Assembly (NCBI GenBank): GCA_017508305.1
Contig: JAFVZF010000119.1
Location: 34 to 64,033, forward strand
DNA length: 64,000 bases
Origin: Paludibacteraceae bacterium
GTDB taxonomy: Bacteria > Bacteroidota > Bacteroidia > Bacteroidales > Paludibacteraceae
Reading direction: 5' to 3'
Shown here in pieces: positions 1-9,699 of this stretch. Position 1 is the first letter of the stretch. Each line of letters begins with the position of its first letter. The notes under the pieces were generated by a model that was given only the letters and a program-made list of their open reading frames with translations, was not told the origin of the DNA and did no database searches. The position numbers were made by a program, and so were the translations under genes.

Positions 1-1238
1 TGGTCGGTTGCCAATACAATGCAAACGTCGTTTTCCGATAGTATTCTAAAGAAATCGGCAATGGACGAGTGTTTAAACCAAGATAGTACCAACGAACGAT
101 AGGCAGCCTCGTCCGGCGCCAACTCTCTAAACAACTTTACCTCGGTGCGAGCGTGCGAAAGCATGTCTACAAAATTAAATACCACCACGTTGAGTGGGTT
201 GTTTAACAGTTGTTTTAAGTTGTCGTTGAGCTTTTCGCCGGCTTGGTTGGTGTTAATCTTATGATAGGAAAAGGCGTAAGGCTTTCTGTATCGCTCCAAT
301 TGAGTTTTAATCAGTGCTTCTTCGTTGAGGTTTTTACCTTCGTCTTCCTCTTCGTCTACCCATAGTTGAGGGTACATTTTTCTAATTTGAGAGGGCATTA
401 GCCCCGAAAATATGGCATTGCGCGAGTATTGGGTTGCCGTGGGCAATATGCTGTAAAAGGTATCGTTTGTATCAAACTGAAAGAGAGTTGCCAATTCTTG
501 TTGCATTACCTTCCAATGATCCAGTCGAAGGTTGTCGATAAGCACAAAAAATACCTTTTTGCCATTGTCCAATAGTGGGAATACCTTGTTCTTGAACAAA
601 TCGGGGCTCATCAAGGGGCGTTTACTCTCGTCTTTCCACCAACTTTCGTAGTGCTTTTTAATAAAGCGGGTAAAGAGGTTGTTGGCTTCTGTTTTCTGCA
701 TTTGCAGCATGTCGTTCATGGTATTGCCTGTTTGCTGCAATTCCATTTCCCAATAAATGAGGTGATTGTATACATCTTTCCAACTTTCAGCATCCATCGA
801 GTCGTTTATTTGCGAACTAATGCGCATAAACTCCATTTGATAGTTGCTGGTGGTTTTTTGCGATATAATCTCGTTCGACTTAAGCACCTTCTTAATGCTC
901 ATGATGATTTGATTGGGATTTACCGGCTTGATAAGGTAGTCCGCGATTTTTTGTCCGATAGCCTGTTCCATGATGTCCTCTTCTTCGCTTTTGGTAATCA
1001 TGATAACAGGCAAAGATGGATGCGCCTTTTTAATTTCCAAGAGAGCCTCCAATCCGCTGATACCAGGCATGTTTTCGTCCAAAAAAACCAAATCATACTT
1101 GCTTTGTTGGCAATTTTTGATAGCTTCGTTGCCATTGTTAACGGCCGTAACCTCATAGCCTTTCCCTTCTAAGAAAAGGATATGCGGACGAAGTAGGTCT
1201 ATTTCGTCGTCAGCCCATAGTATTTTTACACTGTTCAT
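1..1238 (-). CDS. porX: PorX-like response regulator (receiver domain + PglZ/alkaline-phosphatase-like domain); 3' end cut by the window edge
   Basis: Absent from the ORF track because no stop codon lies inside the window. My minus-strand translation from ATG (1236-1238) reads MNSVKILWADDEIDLLRPHILFLEGKGYEVTAV...DLVFLDENMPGISGLE (receiver). It continues with FFVLIDNLRLDHW, LPTATQYSRNAIFSG and NFVDMLSHART (PglZ-like) and stays open to position 1. Confidence 0.8.
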   Translation of the reverse strand, partial: MNSVKILWADDEIDLLRPHILFLEGKGYEVTAVNNGNEAIKNCQQSKYDLVFLDENMPGISGLEALLEIKKAHPSLPVIMITKSEEEDIMEQAIGQKIADYLIKPVNPNQIIMSIKKVLKSNEIISQKTTSNYQMEFMRISSQINDSMDAESWKDVYNHLIYWEMELQQTGNTMNDMLQMQKTEANNLFTRFIKKHYESWWKDESKRPLMSPDLFKNKVFPLLDNGKKVFFVLIDNLRLDHWKVMQQELATLFQFDTNDTFYSILPTATQYSRNAIFSGLMPSQIRKMYPQLWVDEEEDEGKNLNEEALIKTQLERYRKPYAFSYHKINTNQAGEKLNDNLKQLLNNPLNVVVFNFVDMLSHARTEVKLFRELAPDEAAYRSLVLSWFKHSSIADFFRILSENDVCIVLATD

Positions 1239-1285
1239 ACTACAAAAATACGATATTAAGTAGCAAGTTGTTTATCGTTTAACGT

Positions 1286-2338
1286 TTATTGTTTTTTTGT
1301 GTATAACAATAACACAGACCCGGTTAGCATGGGGCATACGTAGTTGATAAACCAAACGCCTATGGCAGCCAAGGCTGCACCAATGGTATTTTGAGTAAAG
1401 GCACCTATAATCAATATGGCGTACGAGCCCCTTATGCCCATTTCCGAAAAAGATATAGAGGGAGTTACTGATACGACCAAATAGTTAAGGGGGATAATCA
1501 TGAGAGCTGTAAGGGTGTCTATTTGCACATCAAAGAATCGAAGCATAAAATAGTATTGAAGGCAATACACTCCATACCGAAGCAGGCTGTATAGGGTTAC
1601 TTTTAGCAGGGTTGGATACGATACGCTCAATGCTGCACGTAGGTAGGGTTTTAGACCATTTATTATTGCTCTTATCCCATTTGCCACAGCATCTATGCGG
1701 AGTAGCCCCATTCTGATTTCCCACATAAATCGGATAAAAGCAGGATAAGAACCTGTCAGTATCCATTTGCCCCAGCAAGGCAGCAAAAAATAAACAAGGC
1801 TGATGGTTACTACAACGAAAATACCAAAACCAAACCACATTCCCATTGGCACAAAAGAGACATGAGGGTGCAAATTAAGAAATCCCATGCTGGCTACTAT
1901 GCCATACGCTAACGAGGCAAAGGTTTGTCCCATTACACCCACCAACATAAGGGCAATTCCTTGGCTACGTTTGCCCTCGGGAAGCAGCATAGACCTCCCC
2001 GCAGGTTCGCCAATGCGGTTGGGGGTAAAAAATCCGGCAGTAATGCCGATTAAAATAGATTTAATGCTCCACCATAGACTGGTAGGATGTAAGTGCTGCA
2101 ATAAACTCTGCCATTTTAACCCTTCTAATCCCCAATTCAAAACAATAAACAAAATAGCAAGGACTAAATACCCCAAGCGGGTAGGGCTGATGTGCTGAAA
2201 ACTTAGGGCAAATTCGTTGTAATATTCAAAGCGAGCCAATGTATACGCCAAATAGCCGTATGCGCACAGCATAATGCCTATTTTTAGGAGGCTAAAGTAG
2301 CGGTCAATCCAATTCGGTCTATTCGTTGACTCTTTCAT
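1286..2338 (-). CDS. Polytopic membrane protein, lysylphosphatidylglycerol-synthase-TM-region / flippase-like (UPF0104-type)
   Basis: ORF 1286..2371. Many predicted TM helices with an RIGEPAGR-type loop. I prefer the internal ATG at 2336-2338 (MKESTNRPNW). It overlaps the 3' end of the upstream GtrA-like gene. Confidence 0.55.
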   Translation of the reverse strand: MKESTNRPNWIDRYFSLLKIGIMLCAYGYLAYTLARFEYYNEFALSFQHISPTRLGYLVLAILFIVLNWGLEGLKWQSLLQHLHPTSLWWSIKSILIGITAGFFTPNRIGEPAGRSMLLPEGKRSQGIALMLVGVMGQTFASLAYGIVASMGFLNLHPHVSFVPMGMWFGFGIFVVVTISLVYFLLPCWGKWILTGSYPAFIRFMWEIRMGLLRIDAVANGIRAIINGLKPYLRAALSVSYPTLLKVTLYSLLRYGVYCLQYYFMLRFFDVQIDTLTALMIIPLNYLVVSVTPSISFSEMGIRGSYAILIIGAFTQNTIGAALAAIGVWFINYVCPMLTGSVLLLYTKKQ

Positions 2339-2804
2339 GGCGTTTAAACGAATAGTATTTTTGAAGTACAAATCCCAATAGGGTGGTAATCAGCGTGGTA
2401 ATCATTTTAGAGGGAGTAGGATAGATGCCTGCTATCTCTACAAAAACTTTTAGGCAGCAATAAGTGATTAACCAGTTGCAAAGTAAAATAGAGGCGTAGC
2501 GAAGCACCTGTTGCTTGGTTTTTAACGTAGAGTGTTTAAAAGTAATGTATTTGGAAAAGCAAAATCCCACCATAAAAGTAATAGGCGTAACAATAATAAG
2601 GCTGGATATGTGTGGCGAAATAACAACCCACCCCAAATCGATAAATTGCTTTTGGATGATAAAATTGTAGATAAAGAAGTACATTACCCAATCGCTGCAG
2701 GTATTGATGGTGCCACACGCCAAAAAGTAGTATACCTCTTTACTCATCCATCGCCCAAACAATGGATAAAAAAAATCGAGTATTTGGATTAAAATGCGGA
2801 GCAT
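2319..2804 (-). CDS. GtrA family membrane protein
   Basis: 161 aa with four TM segments. The size and N-terminus (YFLACGTINTCSDWVMYF) are typical of GtrA-like proteins. Confidence 0.6.
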   Translation of the reverse strand: MLRILIQILDFFYPLFGRWMSKEVYYFLACGTINTCSDWVMYFFIYNFIIQKQFIDLGWVVISPHISSLIIVTPITFMVGFCFSKYITFKHSTLKTKQQVLRYASILLCNWLITYCCLKVFVEIAGIYPTPSKMITTLITTLLGFVLQKYYSFKRHERVNE

Positions 2805-2809
2805 TTTGT

Positions 2810-2817
2810 TAATTTTG
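2810..2817 (+). promoter_or_regulatory. Candidate Bacteroidetes -7 promoter box (TAnnTTTG) upstream of rsmA
   Basis: TAATTTTG lies 29 nt upstream of the ATG at 2846, with TTTG at 2783-2786 as a possible -33 element. Motif match only. Confidence 0.3.
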
Positions 2818-2845
2818 CGCTAATATACAACAAAAAATCAAGACG

Positions 2846-3631
2846 ATGTACGTAAAACCCAAAAAACAGTTAGGACAGCATTTTTTGACAGACATGGGCA
2901 TAGCTCGGCGCATTGCAGAAACATTGCCCTTGCAGGGACCCTATCATGTTTTGGAAATTGGCCCGGGAACAGGCGTATTAACCCAGTTTTTGTTGCAAAA
3001 TAAGCAGCTCGATTTGAAGGTGATCGAAATAGACCAAGAATCGGTGGCGTACCTGAATCAAAACTTTGCTGCATTGGCAGGAAGAATTATAGCCGATGAT
3101 TTTTTACGCTACGACATAGAAGGTATTTTTGGGGGCGAACCCTTTGCACTTATTGGCAATTATCCTTACAATATTTCCAGCCAAATATTTTTTAAGGCAT
3201 TGGAACACAAGGACCAAATTCCCTTTATCAGCGGTATGCTCCAAAAAGAGGTGGCAGAAAGGTTGGCTTCCAAGCCCGGCAAAAAAGCGTATGGTATTTT
3301 AAGTGTACTTTTGCAAGCTTACTACGATATTGAGTATTTGTTTACCGTGCCTCCTTCGGTTTTTAACCCACCTCCCAAAGTACAATCGGCTGTAATAAAA
3401 ATGACGCGTAACAACACAGAGCATTTGCCATGCAACGAGGTGTTGTTTAAAAATGTAGTTAAAACCACTTTCAATCAGCGTCGCAAAACCATTCGAAATT
3501 CCATTAGACCCCTATTGGGAGCCGATTTCGATAAAGCAGGGAATCCTTTATTGGATAAACGTCCCGAACAACTCAGCGTGGCGCAGTTTGTAGAGCTAAC
3601 CCGGTGGGTAGAAACACAACAGAAAGTATAA
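2846..3631 (+). CDS. rsmA: 16S rRNA (adenine1518/1519-N6)-dimethyltransferase RsmA/KsgA
   Basis: 261 aa. KKQLGQHFLTD is followed by the SAM motif VLEIGPGTGVLT and by GNYPYNISS. Confidence 0.93.
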   Translation: MYVKPKKQLGQHFLTDMGIARRIAETLPLQGPYHVLEIGPGTGVLTQFLLQNKQLDLKVIEIDQESVAYLNQNFAALAGRIIADDFLRYDIEGIFGGEPFALIGNYPYNISSQIFFKALEHKDQIPFISGMLQKEVAERLASKPGKKAYGILSVLLQAYYDIEYLFTVPPSVFNPPPKVQSAVIKMTRNNTEHLPCNEVLFKNVVKTTFNQRRKTIRNSIRPLLGADFDKAGNPLLDKRPEQLSVAQFVELTRWVETQQKV

Positions 3632-3653
3632 AGAAAAAGCCGTAGATGCAGAC

Positions 3654-3692
3654 AAAAAGCGGTGACTGAGTGTATGGAAGTCACCGCTTTTT
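3654..3692. terminator. Bidirectional rho-independent terminator between convergent rsmA and recQ
   Basis: AAAAAGCGGTGACT-loop-AGTCACCGCTTTTT: a perfect 9-bp GC-containing stem flanked by A and T runs. Confidence 0.7.
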
Positions 3693-3713
3693 GTGTATAC
3701 AAGTATGGTTGGT

Positions 3714-5894
3714 TTAATTTCCTTTTTCAGAAATAAACTTGATGCGAATAAGTCTTACCTCTTCTTCGGTAAAATCGCCTCCTAATTCGGTAAGAGCCGC
3801 TTCGATATCGTCTGTTGTCGATTCGGCAAAGTACTCCATTATCTCATCCACTTTATCCGGATCCATTACCTCGTCAATAAAGTAATCGATGTTGATCTTG
3901 GTGCCCGAGTAGATAATGGCTTCTATCTCTTCGATCAGCTCGACAAAATCCAATCCCTTAGAAATTGCCAAGTCGTCCAAACTTATCTTTCGGTCAATGG
4001 CCTGAATGATAAATACTTTGAGTTTGGATTTGTTAGCAACCGTACGTACGCGCATGTCTTCGGGACGTTCAATTTCATTTTCCTGAACGTGTTTTTTTAT
4101 CAATGCGATAAATTCTTCGCCATAGCGTTTGGCTTTGCCGGCTCCTACTCCCGGAATGTTTTGCAATTCCTCAATCGTAATGGGGTAGGTGGTTGCCATC
4201 GACTCCAACGAGGGGTCTTGGAAAATAACGTAAGGGGGTAGTCCTACTTGTTTGGCAATTTTTTTGCGCAAGTCTTTTAGCATGACAAACAAGGCCTCAT
4301 CGGCTGCACACGAGCCCGCTTTACGGATGGGGGTCTCTTCGTCTTCCTCCTCAAAATCATTGTCCTTTGTGATTTTGAACGATGTGGGCTTTTTAAAGAA
4401 AGCTTTGCCCGATTTGGTTACCTTTAGTACACCGTAGTTCTCTATTTCTTTATCGATATAGCCGGCTATCATCGCCTGACGAATTACAGTGTGCCATACA
4501 GAAGCATCCTCGTTCGTTCCTGTGGCAAAAACTTCTAAATCTTCGTGTTTGTAGGCCAAAACTTCGGAAGTTTCTTTCCCTACAATAATATCAACAATGT
4601 GTTCTGCTTTGAATTTTTCTTTTACCGCCAATATGGTTTCAATGACGGTACACAACATGTCTTGTGCTTCCATCTGTTTTTTAGGATGCAGGCAGTTGTC
4701 ACAATTGCCGCAGTTTTCGGGGGCATACTCTTCGCCAAAATAGTGAAGTAGTAGCTTGCGTCTGCATACCGACGATTCGGCGTATGCAGCAGTTTCGTTT
4801 AATAGTTGTTTCCCTATTTCCTGCTCGGCAATGGGCTTGCCTTGCATAAATTTCTCTAGTTTCTGAATGTCTTTATACGAGTAAAAGGCAATGCACTGAC
4901 CTTCTCCTCCATCTCTACCGGCTCTTCCTGTTTCTTGGTAGTAGCCTTCCAAACTCTTAGGAATATCGTAGTGAATTACATAACGAACATCCGGTTTGTC
5001 GATACCCATACCAAATGCAATCGTGGCTACAATTACTTCTACTTTTCCCATCAAGAAATTATCCTGATTTTCCGACCGTGCGCTCGAATCCATACCGGCA
5101 TGGTAGGCAAGGGCATTGATACCATTTACACGCAAGGTTTCTGCCAAATCTTCTACTTTCTTGCGGCTTAGGCAATAGATAATGCCCGATTTTCCTTCTT
5201 GCGATTTGATAAACTTGATAATTTCTTTGTCGATACTTTGGTTCTTTTTACGAACTTCGTAGTATAGGTTAGAACGGTTAAACGACGATTTAAAGACTTT
5301 GGCATCAGTCATGCCCAAATTCTTTTGAATATCGTGTTGTACCTTTGGAGTAGCTGTAGCTGTTAATGCAATAACAGGTGCATTGCCAATTTGGCTGATA
5401 ATGGGGCGAATTTTTCGGTATTCAGGACGGAAATCGTGTCCCCATTCCGATATACAATGCGCCTCATCGACAGCATAAAATGATATTTTTACACCTTGCA
5501 GAAATTGAATATTCTCTTCTTTGGTAAGCGATTCGGGGGCGACATAGAGCAATTTGGTTTTGCCACTAAGGACATCTGCTTTCACCTCCTCGATAGCAGA
5601 ACGAGAAAGTGAAGAGTTGATAAAGTGGGCAATTCCGTCTTCCTCGCTAAACGAACGCATGGCGTCTACCTGATTTTTCATCAGGGCGATAAGTGGAGAG
5701 ATCACAATGGCGACCCCCTCCATTAACAACGAAGGAAGTTGGTAGCAAAGCGATTTTCCGCCTCCTGTGGGCATCAACACAAACGTATCACTTCCAGAAA
5801 GCAAATTTTCGATGATTGCTTCCTGGTTTCCTTTAAAAGAATCAAATCCAAAATATTCTTTAAGGGCGTTGGTAAGTTGTGTGTTATCTGCCAT
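3714..5894 (-). CDS. recQ: ATP-dependent DNA helicase RecQ
   Basis: 726 aa. Motifs FGFDSFKGNQ, MPTGGGKSLCYQ, DEAHCISEWGHDFRPEY, a Zn-binding Cys cluster and a C-terminal HRDC-like region. Confidence 0.95.
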   Translation of the reverse strand: MADNTQLTNALKEYFGFDSFKGNQEAIIENLLSGSDTFVLMPTGGGKSLCYQLPSLLMEGVAIVISPLIALMKNQVDAMRSFSEEDGIAHFINSSLSRSAIEEVKADVLSGKTKLLYVAPESLTKEENIQFLQGVKISFYAVDEAHCISEWGHDFRPEYRKIRPIISQIGNAPVIALTATATPKVQHDIQKNLGMTDAKVFKSSFNRSNLYYEVRKKNQSIDKEIIKFIKSQEGKSGIIYCLSRKKVEDLAETLRVNGINALAYHAGMDSSARSENQDNFLMGKVEVIVATIAFGMGIDKPDVRYVIHYDIPKSLEGYYQETGRAGRDGGEGQCIAFYSYKDIQKLEKFMQGKPIAEQEIGKQLLNETAAYAESSVCRRKLLLHYFGEEYAPENCGNCDNCLHPKKQMEAQDMLCTVIETILAVKEKFKAEHIVDIIVGKETSEVLAYKHEDLEVFATGTNEDASVWHTVIRQAMIAGYIDKEIENYGVLKVTKSGKAFFKKPTSFKITKDNDFEEEDEETPIRKAGSCAADEALFVMLKDLRKKIAKQVGLPPYVIFQDPSLESMATTYPITIEELQNIPGVGAGKAKRYGEEFIALIKKHVQENEIERPEDMRVRTVANKSKLKVFIIQAIDRKISLDDLAISKGLDFVELIEEIEAIIYSGTKINIDYFIDEVMDPDKVDEIMEYFAESTTDDIEAALTELGGDFTEEEVRLIRIKFISEKGN

Positions 5895-5951
5895 CGTTTA
5901 GCAAATATAGCATTTCAAATTTATAAAGAGAATATTTTTGCAAAAAAAATG

Positions 5952-7172
5952 CTACACATTTAGTTTTTTCGTTAATCTTTCTGCAACAATATCACGGGTA
6001 ATTTCCAATTTCTCTATTTTTTCAGAGGGTATGGAGTACATGTAATCCATCACCACCGACTCGGTAAGCGAACGCAAACCACGTGCCCCCAGTTTGTATT
6101 CAATGGCTTTGTCGACGATATAATCCAATGCTTCGTTTGTAAACGATAAATCAACTCCATCCATGGCAAATAATTTTACGTATTGTTTGATGATAGAGTT
6201 TTTGGGTTCTACTAAAATGCGTCGCAAGGCCTCCCTATTAAGGGGATCCAAATAGGTTAAAATAGGAAGTCGACCGATAATTTCCGGAATCAAACCAAAC
6301 GATTTTAAATCTTGTGGGGCAATGTATTGCAACAAATTATCGCGGTCTATTTTATGCACTTCTTTGGCAGCCGAATAGCCTACAGTCTTGGTGTTTAGTC
6401 GGTTGGCAATTCTTTTTTCGATGCCATCAAATGCGCCTCCACAGATAAACAGAATATTTTGCGTATTGATCGGAATGAGTTTTTGCTCCGGATGCTTGCG
6501 TCCCCCTTGTGGAGGTACGTTTACAATAGAGCCTTCCAATAGTTTAAGCAATCCTTGTTGTACTCCTTCGCCACTCACATCACATGTAATGGAAGGATTA
6601 TCGCTTTTACGGGCTATTTTGTCAATTTCGTCGATAAATACAATGCCCCTTTCGGCGGCTTCCACATTATAATCTGCCACCTGCAATAGGCGCGTTAGGA
6701 TGCTTTCGATGTCTTCGCCAACATAGCCGGCCTCGGTCAAAACGGTTGCATCGACAATGGTAAAAGGAACGTGCAATTTTTTGGCAATGGTTCTTGCTAA
6801 CAGTGTCTTTCCGGTACCGGTAGAACCTACCATGATGACATTGGATTTTTCAATCTCAACCTCGTCGCCCATGTCCTTTTGCAACAAGCGTTTGTAATGG
6901 TTATACACCACCACACTCAGGCTCTTTTTGGCGTTGTCTTGACCAATTACATATTGGTCTAAAAATGCCTTTATTTCTTTGGGCTTAGGCAACTCGTCCA
7001 TGCTGAGCGAGAAGCTGTTTTTACCACGCTGTTTGAGCGTCTCACGCACCATTTCGTGGGCACTTTCGGCGCATTCGTTGCAAATATTGCCGTTTAACCC
7101 TGTCATGAGCATCGCTACTTCGCGTTCGCTACGCCCGCAAAAGCTGCACCTTTGTTCGCTATTTTTGCTCAT
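5952..7172 (-). CDS. clpX: ATP-dependent Clp protease ATP-binding subunit ClpX
   Basis: 406 aa. N-terminal zinc finger CSFCGR...CNEC and Walker A GSTGTGKT. Its start overlaps the clpP stop by 1 nt. Confidence 0.96.
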   Translation of the reverse strand: MSKNSEQRCSFCGRSEREVAMLMTGLNGNICNECAESAHEMVRETLKQRGKNSFSLSMDELPKPKEIKAFLDQYVIGQDNAKKSLSVVVYNHYKRLLQKDMGDEVEIEKSNVIMVGSTGTGKTLLARTIAKKLHVPFTIVDATVLTEAGYVGEDIESILTRLLQVADYNVEAAERGIVFIDEIDKIARKSDNPSITCDVSGEGVQQGLLKLLEGSIVNVPPQGGRKHPEQKLIPINTQNILFICGGAFDGIEKRIANRLNTKTVGYSAAKEVHKIDRDNLLQYIAPQDLKSFGLIPEIIGRLPILTYLDPLNREALRRILVEPKNSIIKQYVKLFAMDGVDLSFTNEALDYIVDKAIEYKLGARGLRSLTESVVMDYMYSIPSEKIEKLEITRDIVAERLTKKLNV

Positions 7173-7843
7173 TATTTGTTTGCTTTAATCAACACCTCGT
7201 CTATCATGCCGTATTCTTTGGCCTCTTGGGCAGTCATCCAATAGTCGCGGTCGGAATCTTTTTCGATGCGTTCAAATGGATTGCCAGAGTGGTCGGCAAT
7301 GATGGTGTACAATTCTTTCTTTAGTTTCTGAATTTCGCGGGCAGTAATTTCGATATCCGAAGCTTGTCCCTGCGCTCCGCCCATGGGTTGATGAATCATG
7401 ATGCGCGAGTGCTTTAGTGCCGAACGTTTGCCTTTTGCCCCGGCAGTTAGCAACACGGCACCCATAGAAGCTGCCATGCCGGTGCAAATGGTGGCAACAT
7501 CGCTGCTAATAAATTGCATGGTGTCGTAGATACCCAATCCGGCATATACCGAACCACCCGGGGTGTTGAGGTAGATGGAAATATCCTTGCCGGGATCGGC
7601 AGAATCCAAATACAATAGCTGTGCCTGAATCACATTGGCGGTGTAATCATCTACTTGTGTTCCCAAAAAGATGATACGGTCCATCATTAGGCGTGAAAAA
7701 ACGTCCATTTGTGCTACATTGAGTTGGCGCTCCTCGATAATGGTGGGCGAAATGTAGCTGCTGGTAATGTCCATGTATTGGTCCAAAGCCAATCCATTCA
7801 TGCCCAGATGTTTGGTCGCGTACTTTCTAAATTCGTTGTTCAT
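7172..7843 (-). CDS. clpP: ATP-dependent Clp protease proteolytic subunit ClpP
   Basis: 223 aa. Motifs [21 protein letters not shown] (active-site Ser context) and IMIHQP. Confidence 0.96.
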   Translation of the reverse strand: MNNEFRKYATKHLGMNGLALDQYMDITSSYISPTIIEERQLNVAQMDVFSRLMMDRIIFLGTQVDDYTANVIQAQLLYLDSADPGKDISIYLNTPGGSVYAGLGIYDTMQFISSDVATICTGMAASMGAVLLTAGAKGKRSALKHSRIMIHQPMGGAQGQASDIEITAREIQKLKKELYTIIADHSGNPFERIEKDSDRDYWMTAQEAKEYGMIDEVLIKANK

Positions 7844-7849
7844 ATGTTG

Positions 7850-7912
7850 TTGGTTATTTGGTTATTTGGTTATTTGGTTATTCGATTCACCGATTCACCG
7901 TCGCGTAGCGAC
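7850..7912. repeat. 8-bp-periodic word array (GGTTATTT x3, then GATTCACC x2) plus a small GTCGC-GTA-GCGAC hairpin, directly upstream of clpP
   Basis: Read directly: ttggttatttggttatttggttatttggttattcgattcaccgattcaccgtcgcgtagcgac. Confidence 0.85.
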
Positions 7913-7914
7913 TT

Positions 7915-8508
7915 TTAGAATTCTTTCTGCATAAATAGTCGGGGAAGGTTACAGCCAATAAAGTTGCCTATTATCGCCCAAAACCATGCACCCAACAAAG
8001 GCAAGGTAAATTTGCCGTGAAATAGGGCGGCTGCATAATAAAATGCGTCGGCTACGCAGTGAGGAAGCCCGCATAAAATAAAAACAGGCACTCCAAAAAG
8101 CAAGGGCCAATAATGTTTTTGGCGTGCTCCATACACGGCTAAGGTCATAATCATGCCTGTTCCAACCGAGGTCATAATCAAACCATGCCACGAAGCGTTT
8201 AATCGAGCATCCAAGATGGCTTGTAGGTTGGTAAGAACGGTGTCGTTGCTCACGTAATAAGCAATCCAGGCAGCAAAGGCGCATCCCACGGCGTTAAGCA
8301 AAATCATGGGTACAAGTTTCCACATTTCTTTTAGTGGTAAAAAACCAGATTTTCCGGTATACAGTTGTGCTCCGCACATGACCACGCAAAGTAGTCCAAA
8401 AGCAAATAGTACAGCTCCGGCTATACCTCCAACGCGCAAATATACCAATCCGCCGGTTCCTATGAGTAGTCCGGCAAAAATAGACATAGAAATAAATTGT
8501 TTTGTCAT
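7915..8508 (-). CDS. Formate/nitrite transporter (FNT) family-like membrane protein, short form
   Basis: 197 aa and polytopic. LLCVVMCGAQLYTGK and LPHCVADAFY resemble the two FNT signature regions. Confidence 0.55.
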   Translation of the reverse strand: MTKQFISMSIFAGLLIGTGGLVYLRVGGIAGAVLFAFGLLCVVMCGAQLYTGKSGFLPLKEMWKLVPMILLNAVGCAFAAWIAYYVSNDTVLTNLQAILDARLNASWHGLIMTSVGTGMIMTLAVYGARQKHYWPLLFGVPVFILCGLPHCVADAFYYAAALFHGKFTLPLLGAWFWAIIGNFIGCNLPRLFMQKEF

Positions 8509-8564
8509 GTACTCAAATTTTAGGCGAAAGTAGTGTAAAAATATGGAATAACAAATTTTTTTTA

Positions 8565-8588
8565 CCGACTAATCGGTCAATCGACGAG
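8565..8588. repeat. Short word array (CGACTAAT-type)
   Basis: ccgactaatcggtcaatcgacgag. It belongs to the same word family as 37229-37260 and 38160-38193. Confidence 0.6.
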
Positions 8589-8706
8589 CTGTTGATGACA
8601 ATGGGAATAATTGATGCTTTATAGGGCGATTAGAAGATTCGTCGAGTTGAGTATTAAAAGAAGTTAAAAAGCAATCTGCTCTCTTGTAACATTCTGACAA
8701 TTGTCT

Positions 8707-8714
8707 TTACCTTT
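8707..8714 (+). promoter_or_regulatory. Candidate -7 box (TACCTTTG) upstream of the tra operon
   Basis: Matches TAnnTTTG, with a TTG about 22 nt upstream (8683-8685). It is the only such motif I saw between the FNT-like gene and traE. Confidence 0.3.
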
Positions 8715-8856
8715 GTAGCACCGATTTGTCGCATCTTATCGAAGCTCACGCAGTGAGCGACTTTATAAACATCTTAATTTTTAATGGTATGAAATCAATG
8801 TATTTTTTTAGCAGCCTTGGGCAGCATTGTGTAGGTAACCCTTTAAGGAGAAACGT

Positions 8857-9027
8857 ATGTTTGGGTTATCTCAAGTAAGTTGGAGCAGTTTTTTGCTATC
8901 AACGTTTGCTTTGTTAGTTGCATTTAATGGATTGGTATGGGGGTATTATCGTTGGATAGCATCTTCTAAGCACGACCGTTCGGAACAGCAACGGCAAGAC
9001 AAATTTCATCACAGTTTACCTTTTTAA
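8857..9027 (+). CDS. Small hypothetical membrane protein (56 aa) preceding traE
   Basis: Below the ORF-track size cutoff. I read ATG...TAA giving MFGLSQVSWSSFLLSTFALLVAFNGLVWGYYRWIASSKHDRSEQQRQDKFHHSLPF. It has one TM helix and an AAGGAG 7 nt upstream of the ATG. Confidence 0.35.
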   Translation: MFGLSQVSWSSFLLSTFALLVAFNGLVWGYYRWIASSKHDRSEQQRQDKFHHSLPF

Positions 9028-9053
9028 AAGCTTAATTTCTTAATCTTATTTTT

Positions 9054-9365
9054 ATGAAAAAAAATCTGCAAAAATCAGGCCTGTTATTGTTGGCCATGTG
9101 TGCCTCTATTACTTCGTTGTCGGCACAAGGTAATGGCGTTTCTGCCATCGAAAAAGCAAATGCCGAAATTCAGTCGTACGTCGAACCCATGACGCAGCTC
9201 TTTTATGTGGTTTGTGCTGTTATTGGGCTCATTGGTGCAATCAAAGTGTACGGAAAGTGGTCGGCAGGTAGTTCGGATACTACTCGCACCGCTGCTTCGT
9301 GGTTTGGTGCTTGTGTGTTTGCGGTGGTGGCAGTTACCGCCATTAGGGCTTTTTTTATCGGATAA
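9054..9365 (+). CDS. traE: Conjugative transposon protein TraE-like (DUF4134; VirB2/pilin-position protein)
   Basis: 103 aa. Signal peptide followed by two TM helices (FYVVCAVIGLIGAIKVY...FGACVFAVVAVTAI). It occupies the first position of a traE-F-G operon. Confidence 0.8.
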   Translation: MKKNLQKSGLLLLAMCASITSLSAQGNGVSAIEKANAEIQSYVEPMTQLFYVVCAVIGLIGAIKVYGKWSAGSSDTTRTAASWFGACVFAVVAVTAIRAFFIG

Positions 9366-9366
9366 A

Positions 9367-9699
9367 ATGGCATCCTATCCCATTAACAAGGGGGTGGGAA
9401 AAGCTGTAGAGGTAAAGGGCTTGGTGGCCCCTTACCTTCTATGGCTTGTGATAGGCATTGTATTGTCTTTATTGGTGCTGTTTTTACTGTCGATTATATC
9501 GGTAGTGTGGGGGATAGTAGTGGGTACAACTTTACTAATAGGGGTTGTACGGTATTGCTTTTATGCCAATAAAAAATACGGTCCGTATGGATGGATGCAA
9601 CGCCGAGCCGTACAAAAAATTCCACCTCGAATAGCCTTTTCGTTTCCTATTTATCAATTAGTTAGAATAGATGAAAAAAACATTAGGAACTTGCATTGA
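9367..9699 (+). CDS. traF: Conjugative transposon protein TraF-like (DUF4133)
   Basis: The ATG at 9367 lies 1 nt after the traE stop. 110 aa: MASYPINKGVGKAVEVKGL followed by two TM helices. The ORF-track start at 9205 is an in-frame extension that overlaps traE. Confidence 0.75.
   Translation: MASYPINKGVGKAVEVKGLVAPYLLWLVIGIVLSLLVLFLLSIISVVWGIVVGTTLLIGVVRYCFYANKKYGPYGWMQRRAVQKIPPRIAFSFPIYQLVRIDEKNIRNLH

Noticed and set aside
651-1172. Plus-strand ORFs (651..1172 and 970..1158) at the left edge
   Set aside because: They lie antisense inside a continuous, motif-rich PorX-like reading frame on the minus strand. Their products are low-complexity with no recognisable motifs, so they are shadow ORFs.
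8509-9053. Searched the larger spacers (8.5-9.05, 32.7-33.5, 44.9-45.3, 46.9-47.2 and 49.9-50.1 kb) for tRNA, rRNA or riboswitch-like sequences
   Set aside because: I found no cloverleaf-compatible arms, anticodon-loop context or recognisable riboswitch cores by eye. Only the repeat families and terminator hairpins were evident. A covariance-model scan would be needed to exclude small RNAs.
9205-9366. N-terminal extension of the traF-like ORF (the ORF track starts at 9205)
   Set aside because: The extension overlaps traE in another frame. The ATG at 9367 sits 1 nt after the traE stop and yields a typical DUF4133-size protein.
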